The notes beneath the pieces were generated by a model. That model ran no database searches. It had not been told where the DNA came from and saw nothing but the letters and a program-made list of their open reading frames with translations. This document shows, piece by piece, positions 39,457-51,162 of a DNA stretch of 64,000 nt (the first letter of the stretch is position 1; each line of letters starts with the position of its first letter). The translations under genes were made by a program, and so were the position numbers. Location: NCBI GenBank assembly GCA_034669905.1, contig JAXMOL010000033.1, positions 8,690 to 72,689 of the forward strand. Reading direction: 5' to 3'. Source of the stretch: Candidatus Hydrogenedentota bacterium. Lineage in GTDB: Bacteria; Hydrogenedentota; Hydrogenedentia; Hydrogenedentales; JAEUWI01.

Positions 39457-39626
39457 GCCAAAGTGGGTTGGCCTTCCAGGCTGACACAACGCACCCTCGA
39501 CACGGCAGATAGCGCGAGGTCGTAAAACGTTGGCTACGACATTCCAGGGTGCTGCTCATGGCGCGCCGCTCCCTTGGGTGTTTTGAGCGAACGACATGAC
39601 AGGCTGGAAGCCTATCCCACTTTGGC
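39457..39626. repeat. REP-doublet element (GACAGGCTGGAAGCCTATCCCAC type)
   Basis: Imperfect 29-bp IR at 39457-39485 / 39598-39626, between convergent genes. Confidence 0.7.
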
Positions 39627-39665
39627 TAACCGGTTATAGTCGGGGCATCCACACGGATCCCCGAA

Positions 39666-40256
39666 TTATTCCTTCAGCACCATGTCGATGCACATGACGG
39701 CAGCGAGGATGAGTTTCCGGATGGGGCTGCCTGCGGGTACGTCATCGCTGATTTTCAAGACGTAATTGTCGGCCGAGGTGAAGAGTTCTTTGCCGAGTCC
39801 TGCCCACTGTTTGCTGACATGGGCCAGCTCGGTCTCGCCGGCCAGGAAGCGGAAATCCCAGCCGGTCCATTTTCCCTTCAGCGCGCATACCTCATTGTCT
39901 TGGGGATCCAATACCCGGAAGGCACCGCCGAGGCTGAAGAGCTTTTGTTTGAAGCCGCCGATGAGTTGGTTGTTTTCGTCGAAGACCTCTACTTTCGATA
40001 GAAAGATGCTGATACCCCGGCGCACGGTAATGAGAGGCTGGCCGTCGGGCGTGCGGATTTCGACTTCGAAGGGCGTCATGCGTTTGTAGTCGGTGAAGCG
40101 AAGCATCTTGGTGAAGAGGCCCAGGTTGTCTTCCCGGCAATGGAGGATTTCTTCGCTGGTTTCCGGGTTCAGAATATCGAAATTATTGGCGGCTTTGAAC
40201 ATGCCGACATGTTCGCGGACAAAGAAAAGGTTACGATCCAATACAGTGCTACTCAT
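39666..40256 (-). CDS. Phospholipid scramblase / LURP-one-related protein
   Basis: FFVREHVGMFKAANNFDI..KGKWTGWDF..KQWAGLGKELFTSADNY..LAAVMCIDMVLKE. Confidence 0.85.
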   Translation of the reverse strand: MSSTVLDRNLFFVREHVGMFKAANNFDILNPETSEEILHCREDNLGLFTKMLRFTDYKRMTPFEVEIRTPDGQPLITVRRGISIFLSKVEVFDENNQLIGGFKQKLFSLGGAFRVLDPQDNEVCALKGKWTGWDFRFLAGETELAHVSKQWAGLGKELFTSADNYVLKISDDVPAGSPIRKLILAAVMCIDMVLKE

Positions 40257-40399
40257 GGGTTTCTCCCGGAAAAAGAAAACGGGCCAAGCCCCCTGCGGGC
40301 CTGCGTCCTATGGCGCACAACGCTAGCAGATTGATCGCGGAGGATCAACCAGCACCGACGTAGGTGAGCGCTCAAGCTTCGCGAAGGGGCCTTCTACCC

Positions 40400-42766
40400 C
40401 TATGGCGTCGCGGTGGGTAGGGGCCAGACCGATATGGTGGGGGGCTCCTGGTTCCACCGGATGGACCCCACCGCAGGCACACCGGATGGAAGTTTCAGAC
40501 GAAACATGCCCGTATCTGCGTTGACGACTCGAAACTCGTAGGGCTCAGAGCCGCCGGGTCCGGGCCAGAAATCAGACAAGCGCGTGACGGTCTTGTCTTC
40601 GTAGCGATAGGTGTAGAGTTCTTCCCCGAACTCCGGTTCCCGCGCTGTAAAAAAGAGGCGGTCTTCTGCGCCAGCGATGCTGTAGGGATCCGCCGATTCG
40701 GGGCCCACCCAGATATCCGCGACGATCCGGGTCCCCTCGGGCGTGCCATCGGTCATCCATAATTCTTTTCCGTGGGCGGCGTCGGTGGCCCGGAAGAAAA
40801 GAAACTCTCCCCCGTCGACGAATCCGTGGGGCTCGCCGTTTTCGATGCCCGGATTGATGTCACGAAGCAACCGTGTGCCGGATGCCGTGCCATCGGAAAC
40901 CCATAATTCGCTGCCGGTTTCCGGAGATGTCGCGCGGAAGTAGAGCTTCCCCTGCCAGGTAAACAGCTCGTCCGGGCTGGAGGATTCCGGCCCTGCAACC
41001 AAATCGACGAGCAATTGGATGCCCTCACTCCCTTTTCGATGAATCCAGAGTTCCGTGCCGTGGGCCTCGTCACGATGGGCGAGAAGCATCGTGTCTCCCA
41101 TTACACTCATGGTGCTCGCATCGTCAAAGAGTTCGGCGATATCCCGTACGGTATGGGTTTCGCTCTCATACTCGAAAAGGAACTGCGCATGACCCACGCT
41201 CTGCAGTCCCATGAAATACATGGTCTTCGTGCCCCAGGTTACCTTGGGGGTCATCATGGCGGAGCCATTTCTGCCCGGAAAAATATCTTTGACCATGGCC
41301 GTTTGTTGTTCACGGGTATTGGTCATCCAGAGTTCCCGGCCCTCTTGGAGTGTTGTGGCGTAAAAAAGAACGAATCCGTCCAGTTCGCCGAAGCACCACG
41401 GTTCGCTCCCCATGGTGCCGGGGATAATATCGCGGACTATACCTACGTGGAAGACATCGGGAGCGTGCTTTCTGGCAACCCAGAGTTCCTCCCCATGGTC
41501 TGGGGTCTGGGCGGCAAACAAGACGGTGTTCGAATTGGGAATGTGGAACAAACGGCGGGGATGGGAGCCCTTGGGTCCGGGCCAGATGTCCATCACCATA
41601 CCCATTCTACCGGAGACGTCGATGTGCCACAGTTCGGGGCCGTGGATGCCGTCGTCGTAGACGAAGTGGGCCCCATGGGCCGTTGGCGTGAATTCGCGCG
41701 GCTCAGGTCGGGGGGTACTTCCCGCGGCGCTCGTGTCGGGATTGGTGGCGGTTGCAAGCCCGTCTTCCCGTTCCGGGCGGGGGAACATGGCGGCGATGGC
41801 GATGAGGAGCACGAGGGCCAGGGCAAGGCCCAGGAAGGCCACCGCGGCGAAACGCCTCGAACGTTTGTTGCGTACCCCACCGCGCCCCCGGGGTGCCACC
41901 CGTTCCATGGGCAGCGTCTCGGCCAGTTCCTCGTTGTATTCGGGTATGTCTTGAAGGCGCTCGAGCGCCTCCTGGGCTGATGCGGGCCGCCGCGTCTCGT
42001 CGCGATCCATCAGATCCGCAATGAGGGCCGCCAGTTCCAGCGACACGTCGGGCCGTCGTTCGCTGATGGGGGTGGGGTCCGAGAGGAGGACCTGCTTCAT
42101 TACGGCTGCCGGGGTATTGCCGGAAAAGGCGATTTCCGCCGTCAGGGCCTCATACATCACGACGCCGAGGGCATAAAGGTCCCACCGGAAATTCGGTTTG
42201 GCATCTTCCCAGGCTTCCGGCGGGCTGTAGCGGGGCGTACCCCAGAAAGGACCGGTACGGGCGGTCAGCGTGGTCCCCTCCGGCGCACTCAGGTCCAGTG
42301 CGCGGGCGATGCCGAAGTCGGCGAGGTAGACATGCCGGTCGGGCGTCACCAGGAGATTTCCGGGTTTCAGGTCGCAGTGGATTACGCCCTGCTCATGGCA
42401 GGCCACGAGCGCTGTCAGCACCTGCTCCATGTAGCCGAGGACGTGGCCGAGGGGTAATGGCGTGGCGCCAATCATGGAAGAGAGGGGGCTGCCCTCGATG
42501 TATTCCATTTCGATGGCGAGTTCGTCCCCGATGGGCTCCAGGTGATAAACCCGAACCACGTTGGGGTGTTCGATGCGCGCTGCCGCCTTGGCCTCGCGGA
42601 GGAAGCGTCGCTTAATGGACTCGTCGGCAAGGAGGTGACCATGGATCATTTTCAGCGCGACCTTGCGGTCCAGCCGTGTGTCCCAGGCGGCATAGACGAC
42701 GCCCATGCCTCCAGAACCCAGCGTCCCCAGAATGCGGTAGGCACCCCGCTGGTCATGTTGCTTCAT
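40400..42766 (-). CDS. Hanks-type Ser/Thr kinase with TM and extracytoplasmic ELWxxDGT repeats
   Basis: LGSGGMGVVY, VALK, HCDLKPGN, DFG, GTPRYSPPE; TM segment; ELWVSDGT, ELWMTDGT and further GxELW repeats. Confidence 0.9.
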   Translation of the reverse strand: MKQHDQRGAYRILGTLGSGGMGVVYAAWDTRLDRKVALKMIHGHLLADESIKRRFLREAKAAARIEHPNVVRVYHLEPIGDELAIEMEYIEGSPLSSMIGATPLPLGHVLGYMEQVLTALVACHEQGVIHCDLKPGNLLVTPDRHVYLADFGIARALDLSAPEGTTLTARTGPFWGTPRYSPPEAWEDAKPNFRWDLYALGVVMYEALTAEIAFSGNTPAAVMKQVLLSDPTPISERRPDVSLELAALIADLMDRDETRRPASAQEALERLQDIPEYNEELAETLPMERVAPRGRGGVRNKRSRRFAAVAFLGLALALVLLIAIAAMFPRPEREDGLATATNPDTSAAGSTPRPEPREFTPTAHGAHFVYDDGIHGPELWHIDVSGRMGMVMDIWPGPKGSHPRRLFHIPNSNTVLFAAQTPDHGEELWVARKHAPDVFHVGIVRDIIPGTMGSEPWCFGELDGFVLFYATTLQEGRELWMTNTREQQTAMVKDIFPGRNGSAMMTPKVTWGTKTMYFMGLQSVGHAQFLFEYESETHTVRDIAELFDDASTMSVMGDTMLLAHRDEAHGTELWIHRKGSEGIQLLVDLVAGPESSSPDELFTWQGKLYFRATSPETGSELWVSDGTASGTRLLRDINPGIENGEPHGFVDGGEFLFFRATDAAHGKELWMTDGTPEGTRIVADIWVGPESADPYSIAGAEDRLFFTAREPEFGEELYTYRYEDKTVTRLSDFWPGPGGSEPYEFRVVNADTGMFRLKLPSGVPAVGSIRWNQEPPTISVWPLPTATP

Positions 42767-43077
42767 CTCTTGTTCACTGGAATGCAATTGCGCTCAGCTT
42801 TCCGATCGTCCGGGAATGCGTTCGTTCTGAACCCCCCGGGCGCTGTTAACCGATCGAGAATCACCATGGCCACTAGACTAAACGCTTCCGCGCATATTAC
42901 GCAACAACCCACTACGGTGATGACATGGCAGATGGTGCGCTGCTTGTAGGTGATCGCCTCCTCAACCCCGCGTAGGCGAATGGGGTGGACGTTGGGCCTC
43001 GCTGGAGTCCTGCCGTCCTGCCACGACGGATCGGGGTTGCGGCGTCAACCTGCTTCGTGCCCTTCATCCGGACCTGT

Positions 43078-43992
43078 TTAGAGCGGGATCTTGATGACGA
43101 TGGGCTTGCCCCCCCGATTGATTTTCAGGTTGAGCTCTTTCGCGCCCTGCAGCTGCCCCACGAGGCCAAAGAGCTGGGCCTCGTTGGTAAGCTGGATTCC
43201 GTTGATGGATTGGACGATGTCGCCATTCTGGAAGCCCAGCTGGTTGGCACCGGGAATGTTGCCGATATCGCTCGCCGTAAGGCCCAGGGCATTGCCCTGT
43301 TCATCCCGGGCGATGCGGGGCTGGTGTTTGACCACCAGGCCCATGTAATCCTCTGGGATTTCGGGCAGTCCGGCGGGCTTGGGCTTCATGGTGCCCTTCG
43401 CTGCAATGGTCGGGGTCTCACTGGGCACGGGCGCGGGCTCCGCCGCCTCCGGTGCTTTTTGTAGGACGGTGTAGCTGACCGGCGGGAGGCTGTGGCTGAT
43501 GCGGTAGTCCCACGGGGCCAGGGGTGCGGCATTCTTCCAGAGTCCCCGTTTCGCCTGAAGGGCTTCCACCATGAGGTTACTCAGATGCCGGGCGTCGGGC
43601 GCGTTGGGCTCATCCCACCAGGCGAAGCCGTCGCGGACGAGGATTTCGTTGAGGCTGGGGCCCTCCTTCAGGCGAACCCAGGCGACCGGGAGGCCGTCTC
43701 TGTCTTCCGTGAGCACTTCCACGTCGACCGCTTCCCGTTGTTTGTAGCTGGCAATCAGACTTCCGGCGAGGGTGGCGTTGACTTGCCCGGCGACGGGACA
43801 GGCGATACCGTAGAGCCGCACGGGGCGCTCTGCGCCTGCGGTGGTTTTGACACGAACCACATCGGCGGTGGGCTGGGCATGGAGCAGGGTGCCGCTGAAG
43901 GAAGGGGGCGCGCCATTTTCGTTGCCGTGGGTCACCGCGGTGAAAAGAGCGAGCAGGATCGTGAGCAGGGTAGTGCGGGGAATGGTGCGCAT
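43078..43992 (-). CDS. Thermonuclease (SNase)-like domain + C-terminal PDZ (GspC-like)
   Basis: Signal peptide; VRLYGIACP, LNEILVRDGFAWW, KRGLW..PWDYR; LGFQNGDIVQSING..INRGGKP. Confidence 0.8.
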   Translation of the reverse strand: MRTIPRTTLLTILLALFTAVTHGNENGAPPSFSGTLLHAQPTADVVRVKTTAGAERPVRLYGIACPVAGQVNATLAGSLIASYKQREAVDVEVLTEDRDGLPVAWVRLKEGPSLNEILVRDGFAWWDEPNAPDARHLSNLMVEALQAKRGLWKNAAPLAPWDYRISHSLPPVSYTVLQKAPEAAEPAPVPSETPTIAAKGTMKPKPAGLPEIPEDYMGLVVKHQPRIARDEQGNALGLTASDIGNIPGANQLGFQNGDIVQSINGIQLTNEAQLFGLVGQLQGAKELNLKINRGGKPIVIKIPL

Positions 43993-44038
43993 GGGGATTC
44001 TCCACAAATTCGGGTTGTTCAGGGGGTATCGTCCGGTC

Positions 44039-45499
44039 TCAGCATAGCACGTTTGTCGCCCGCCCCTTCTGAGACTTTTTTTGATAGGCATCGAAAAGGA
44101 GCAATGCCCAGACGGGGAGGTACTCTAACCAGACGATTCGGTAGTGAAAGAATTCAACGGCGCCCCGGGCATCGAAGTAAAAACGCAGATAATACAGCGG
44201 CAGGACCAGCGTGAGCAGGAGCAGTCCGCGGTTGGGATAGAGGGTCAGCAAGGGCAGGAGCCAGAGGAAGTACCAGGGGAATTGGGTGGGACTGAGGAGG
44301 AAGAGGGCACCCACGATGGCGAGCAATCCGCCACACAGGCCGTGGGCGGTGTGTTGGCCGGAACCGTGAGATCGATAGGTGTTGCGCGTCGCCCAGGCGA
44401 CCACGCCGAGGGTGAGGAGGGCGACCAGGGCCTTTCCTGCGCGATGGGCCGTGCCGTGAGATAAATCCATCTGGAGCAGATGGGCCGCCCCTTCGGCGAT
44501 CCAGGGGAAGACCATGAAGAGGGCGTCGTTCATTTCCCAGCGGCTGCCGTAGGCGACGAAGCCCGACTCGTCTTCCATGGCGGTGATGCTAAGCAAGGGG
44601 CTGAGCAACACGATGGTAGTGAGTAGAAAAAGCATCAGGGCGAGGGCGACCTTGCGCGGCTGGTGCCGGGCGGTGGCCAGCACCGGCAGGAGCAAGAGCA
44701 CGGGCCAGAGCTTGGTGGCCACGGCGAGGGCGAGGGGGACCATGGCCCAGATGACACGCCCACGGAGTGCCAGCAGCACGGTCCCGAGGAGCAAGGGGAC
44801 AAGGAGGATGTCCATGTGGACGCTGTTATAAATTTCCTTCGCCGCCAGGGGGTTCCACCAGTAGATGAGGGTGAGCAGGGGGGAGCGACCAAGTTGTTGC
44901 AAGAGCAATACGAGCAAGGCAAAGACGACACCGTCTACCGCGTAATAAAGGAGGCGCAGGCCACTCAGTTTCCAGGGCGAAAGGGTGTGGGCCAGGGCGA
45001 AGGCGGCCTGGGCCACGGGAGGGTAGACCGTGCCCAGTTGGGGATGATTGACCCGCTCCAGAACCCTGCCGGCCTCCTTGCCCAGGTCGAGGAGGGGGGC
45101 AGACACATGGGCGTCACGATCCTGCACATCCAGGGGGATGACGCCGTAGGGATTTTCTCCGTGGGCTGTCACGGCACCGTCCCACAGGTAGCGGTAATAG
45201 TCATCTTCGAGCACAGGTTGAGACGTGGCCAGGATGAGTCGCATTAGGGCGCCCACGGCGAAGATGCCATAGGCCAACTGCTTGGTGGGCGTCGTGCGGG
45301 CAGCGAGATAGATGGCGCCAAAGTACACGAGTGACGCACCCATGAGGAGGGCTACGAAGGGCAGGATGGGGCGTGCGCGCATGTCGCTGCCGTAGTCAAA
45401 GTCTTGCGACAGGGCGGCCAGGGCGACCGTGCAGAGCAGCAGGGTTACGCCACATCCCCACCAGGCCCACAGGGGCGTGTTCTTTGGCGCACTAGTCAC
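44039..45499 (-). CDS. GT-C membrane glycosyltransferase (GT87/DUF2029-like)
   Basis: EDDYYRYLWDG..GENPY, NHP..TVYPPVAQ, YWWNPL, HMD, PTQFPWY; GTG start overlapping the asnB stop. Confidence 0.82.
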   Translation of the reverse strand: MTSAPKNTPLWAWWGCGVTLLLCTVALAALSQDFDYGSDMRARPILPFVALLMGASLVYFGAIYLAARTTPTKQLAYGIFAVGALMRLILATSQPVLEDDYYRYLWDGAVTAHGENPYGVIPLDVQDRDAHVSAPLLDLGKEAGRVLERVNHPQLGTVYPPVAQAAFALAHTLSPWKLSGLRLLYYAVDGVVFALLVLLLQQLGRSPLLTLIYWWNPLAAKEIYNSVHMDILLVPLLLGTVLLALRGRVIWAMVPLALAVATKLWPVLLLLPVLATARHQPRKVALALMLFLLTTIVLLSPLLSITAMEDESGFVAYGSRWEMNDALFMVFPWIAEGAAHLLQMDLSHGTAHRAGKALVALLTLGVVAWATRNTYRSHGSGQHTAHGLCGGLLAIVGALFLLSPTQFPWYFLWLLPLLTLYPNRGLLLLTLVLPLYYLRFYFDARGAVEFFHYRIVWLEYLPVWALLLFDAYQKKSQKGRATNVLC

Positions 45500-47432
45500 G
45501 GCGCAGTGCCGCCAGGTGGTTCCGGCATTGCTTCCGTGGATGCTCGAAGCGCCGGCGCCAATGTTCAAACACGTAGACGGAGAAGGCGTGGCGTCCCGCC
45601 GTGCTGTCGCCGCCCTGGAGGCGGGTGAGCATGGTCTGGAGGTACGCCGGATTAAATAGTCTATCGCCGTCGGAGCCCAGGTCACGGACCATGTCGTTTA
45701 ACTCTTCGTTCAGCGAGGCACGAAACCACGCGGTGACGGGCACTTCGAATCCCTGCTTTTTTCGGTAGACAAAATCGTGGGGCATGTGTTTGGCCAGTAG
45801 TTTTTTCAGCAATATCTTAAGGTGTCGGGGGCCCATTTTTTCATGTTTGGGAAGGGATAATCCAAACGCCACGAGCCGGGGGTCGAGGAAGGGGAAGCGC
45901 CCTTCCAGACCCGACGCCATGGCCAGCTTGTCGGCTTTGAGCATGAGGTCGTCGGGCACGAAATTATGTAACTCGCAATACTGGCGTTGCCCCAGGGCGT
46001 CTAAGCCCAGCTGTCGTGCGTCTTGGAAGAGGGCCTCAAAGATCACCCCCGATCGGTGATCGCCCACGGCATCCAGCAGATCGGGGTGGAGGAGCTGATG
46101 TTTCGTTTCGTCGGGCACCATGGTGAACCAGTTCAGATAGCGTCGCGCAGGCGAGAGTCCCGCATACTGGCAGAACTTGTCGCCCCGACGGCCCAGGTTG
46201 CGGGCAGGCTCGGGGAGGCGCTGGAGGGCGCGAAAGGCGGGGGCCAGCAGCCCTTTCCGCAGGGGGGCGGGCACCCGCCCGAATTGGGTGGCCACTTCAT
46301 CCCAGAAGAAACGGGGGTAGCCCCCGAAGGCTTCATCGGCCCCGTCCCCACAATGGACCACCGTCACGTGCTTTGCCGCTTCCCGACAGAGGGTGAAGAG
46401 GGGGAGCATGGCGGCGTCGGAGAGGGGCTCTTCCACGTGCCAGAGCATGTCGGGCAAGTCGGCGACGGACTCCGGGCCACAGTGAAACTCATGGTGTCGG
46501 GCGCCACAGGCCTCCGCCGCCTGGCGCGCGTAATTGGATTCGTCAAAGCCCTTCTGGCCATGGAATCCCATCGCAAAAGTCGATACAGGCTGGTCCGTGA
46601 GCTTGCTGTGGAGGAGGGCGATGAGGGTGGAGTCCACGCCTCCGCTGAGGAAGACCCCGAGGGGGACCTCACTCATGCGCTGCTCATCGACGACGTCGTG
46701 GAGGAGGCTTTCGAGGGCCTCCAGGTGTTCGCCTTCACTGCCGGGCATGGGCTGGGCTACGGCGGGCTGCCAATAGCGCTCAACGTGCACCTGGTCGCCG
46801 CTTACGGTCATCCAGTGGCCCTGGGGTAGTTTCTGGATGACCTGGTACGGGGTGCGGGGGCCGGGCACGAATTTAAACGTGAAGTAATCGTAGATGGCCG
46901 TGAGGTCCAGGGTTTCATCGACGGCGTCGTCGAGAAACAGGGCTTTCATCTCCGAGGCGAAAAGAAAGGCATCGGTGGTCTGGGTGTAGTAGAGGGGCTT
47001 GATACCGAAATGGTCCCGGGCGAGGAAAAGCCGTTGCTTTCGCGCGTCCCAGATGGCGAAGGCAAACATGCCGCGAAGTCTGGCCACACAGTCGGTGCCA
47101 TAGGCCGCGTAGGCATGGAGAATCGTTTCTGTGTCCGTGTGGGTTTTGTAGTGGTAGCCTCTGGCCTCCAGTTCGTGCCGCAGTTCCTGGTGGTTGTAGA
47201 TCTCGCCATTGAACACGATCCAGAGGGATTCGTCGGCATTGGAGATGGGCTGGTGCCCGCCTCCGACATCGATAATGCTGAGACGGCGATGCCCCAGGCC
47301 GACCGGGCCTTCGGTGTGAATGCCCTCGTCATCGGGACCCCGGTGGGTCATGAGGGTGCACATGTCCGCCAGCAACGCCGGGGAGACCGGGCGGCTTGGG
47401 TCAAAATTCAGTTTTCCAGCAATACCACACAT
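45492..47432 (-). CDS. asnB: Asparagine synthase (glutamine-hydrolysing) family amidotransferase
   Basis: MCGIAG, HRGPD, HRRLSIID, FNGEIYN, LSGGVDS, GDGADEAFGGY, RFPFLD, RKKQGF. Confidence 0.95.
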   Translation of the reverse strand: MCGIAGKLNFDPSRPVSPALLADMCTLMTHRGPDDEGIHTEGPVGLGHRRLSIIDVGGGHQPISNADESLWIVFNGEIYNHQELRHELEARGYHYKTHTDTETILHAYAAYGTDCVARLRGMFAFAIWDARKQRLFLARDHFGIKPLYYTQTTDAFLFASEMKALFLDDAVDETLDLTAIYDYFTFKFVPGPRTPYQVIQKLPQGHWMTVSGDQVHVERYWQPAVAQPMPGSEGEHLEALESLLHDVVDEQRMSEVPLGVFLSGGVDSTLIALLHSKLTDQPVSTFAMGFHGQKGFDESNYARQAAEACGARHHEFHCGPESVADLPDMLWHVEEPLSDAAMLPLFTLCREAAKHVTVVHCGDGADEAFGGYPRFFWDEVATQFGRVPAPLRKGLLAPAFRALQRLPEPARNLGRRGDKFCQYAGLSPARRYLNWFTMVPDETKHQLLHPDLLDAVGDHRSGVIFEALFQDARQLGLDALGQRQYCELHNFVPDDLMLKADKLAMASGLEGRFPFLDPRLVAFGLSLPKHEKMGPRHLKILLKKLLAKHMPHDFVYRKKQGFEVPVTAWFRASLNEELNDMVRDLGSDGDRLFNPAYLQTMLTRLQGGDSTAGRHAFSVYVFEHWRRRFEHPRKQCRNHLAALRRD

Positions 47433-47496
47433 GATCAGACAATTGATGGTTGACAGTTAGCAGTTGGGTGTGTGCGCGGTGACGCACTTCGGGGCG

Positions 47497-48594
47497 TTAG
47501 GGTCGCAACACCCGTTTCACGGCCGCAAACACGTCTTCGACTTCATGCACCGTCAGGCACACGGGCTCCTCATACAACGGGCAGGTGTCTTCCAGACAGG
47601 GACTGCATTCGGGATTGTCCCGCAGAACGACATGTTGATCGCCATAGGGATACCAGCGATGGGCGTGGTCCCGGGCAGAAAAAATCGCGACGACGGGGGT
47701 GCCGGTGCAGGCCGCGACGTGCATGGTGCCGGTGTCGTTGGAAACGAAGAGGCGGCAGCGTGCGGCCAGTGCGGCGAGTTCGGGAATGGTGGTTTTGCCC
47801 GCCAGGTTGGTGCAGCCGGGTCCAATGCCTGCGGCAATCGTGTCGAGCAGCGATGCCTCGCCCGCGCTTCCGGTGAGGAGCAATTCGGCCTCGTGTTCGG
47901 CGATGAGCCGCTTGCCCAGGGCGATAAAGCGCTCGGGCATCCAACGGTTGGCAGGCCGTTTGGCACCACATTGCATACCGATGAGCGGACGGTCCCCGTA
48001 TTCGGGCAGCATGGCCGTAACCCGTGCTTCGTCTTTGTCGTCAAAGTGGATCCAGGGGAAGGCTTCCACTTCCGGGCAGCCCAAGGGCTCCAGCAGGGAC
48101 ATGATGCGGGGCACCTGTCCTTGCGAGACCTTGTTGGGTGGCACGACTTCGGCCCCTACGATGCGTCGCACCCCGGCGGCGCTGAGCAGGGCCATCTGCT
48201 TGACCAGACTCTTGGTGGTTGTCCGGTCGTCCGGCAGGAGCACCGCCAGGTCAACGGGTGTTGCGGCCAGTCGTTGCCGCAGGTTCCGCAGAAAGTCGGG
48301 CCGGGAAGATTCGTCTTCGTAGTAGATGATCGTGGCATCGAAGGTCGTGTCTTTAGCGAGGACTTCCTGGGCGCCGGGCGCACCCCGTTTCGTGGGCGAG
48401 GTCAGCAGCGTCATGTGGGCGTTGGGAAAGCGCAGCCGCAGGGCATGAAAGGCCGGCAGGGAAACCACGATGTCCCCCAGGTTGCCCAGTCGATAGACGA
48501 GGATGTGGTGGGGGTTGGGATTGCGCACGCCACCTGGGATACGGGCGTTGAGTCCCGTCAGGCCACGGAGGAGGCGATTGGCCACGCCCGCCAT
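47497..48594 (-). CDS. Glycosyltransferase family 9 (heptosyltransferase-like)
   Basis: ILVYRLGNLGDIV..RFPNAH, RWMPERF, NLAGKT, FVSNDTGTMHVAA..TPVVAIF. Confidence 0.92.
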   Translation of the reverse strand: MAGVANRLLRGLTGLNARIPGGVRNPNPHHILVYRLGNLGDIVVSLPAFHALRLRFPNAHMTLLTSPTKRGAPGAQEVLAKDTTFDATIIYYEDESSRPDFLRNLRQRLAATPVDLAVLLPDDRTTTKSLVKQMALLSAAGVRRIVGAEVVPPNKVSQGQVPRIMSLLEPLGCPEVEAFPWIHFDDKDEARVTAMLPEYGDRPLIGMQCGAKRPANRWMPERFIALGKRLIAEHEAELLLTGSAGEASLLDTIAAGIGPGCTNLAGKTTIPELAALAARCRLFVSNDTGTMHVAACTGTPVVAIFSARDHAHRWYPYGDQHVVLRDNPECSPCLEDTCPLYEEPVCLTVHEVEDVFAAVKRVLRP

Positions 48595-48621
48595 CAGATG
48601 AGGTGCTCTGCAATTGTTGCT

Positions 48622-49124
48622 TCAGCCACGGCGAATACGCTCGATGATAGCCGAGGTGGACTTGGTCACATCGCCCGCGATGAGGGCGATGCACCCGCCC
48701 GAAGCTTCGATGACGTTGCGTTCGCCGTCGTCCAGGCCGCCATGGAGATGGTGAAATCCCTTGGCATAGACATCGGGCTGAAGGGCCTGCAAAAGCTCCG
48801 TACAGTCGGGCTGATCAAATACAGTGATATGGTCGATACACTCCACGGCGGAAAGGACCAGCAGCCGCTCGGCTTCCCGGGTGAGGGGGTGCCCTTCGCC
48901 TTTCACCTTCGTGACCGACGCATCACTGTTAACCCCGACGATGAAAATGTCGGCCAGGCGCGACGCCTTCACCAGAAAATCGATGTGGCCCGCGTGGAGG
49001 ATTTCAAAGCAGCCATTGGTCCAGACGATGGTCTTGCCCTGGTGCCGATAGTGTTGGGCCAACTCGATGAGTTCATCGAGGGAGGCTTCCTTGCGGGAGC
49101 GGGGGATAGGGGGCGGGGCGTTGT

Positions 49125-49128
<4 letters not shown>
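48622..49128 (-). CDS. RfaE2/HldC-like nucleotidyltransferase (heptose-1-phosphate adenylyltransferase family)
   Basis: VWTNGCFEILHAGH, VGVNSDASV, PDVYAKG, STSAIIERI. Confidence 0.88.
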
Positions 49129-51067
<1,939 letters not shown>

Positions 51068-51162
51068 CTAGTGCCGGGGGTCGAACTGCTTCACTCTCGG
51101 GTATTTTACCCACGGCGGGGCATGAATGTACACGGGCACGGTGTTTGGCGGGGAGGGCGTCG

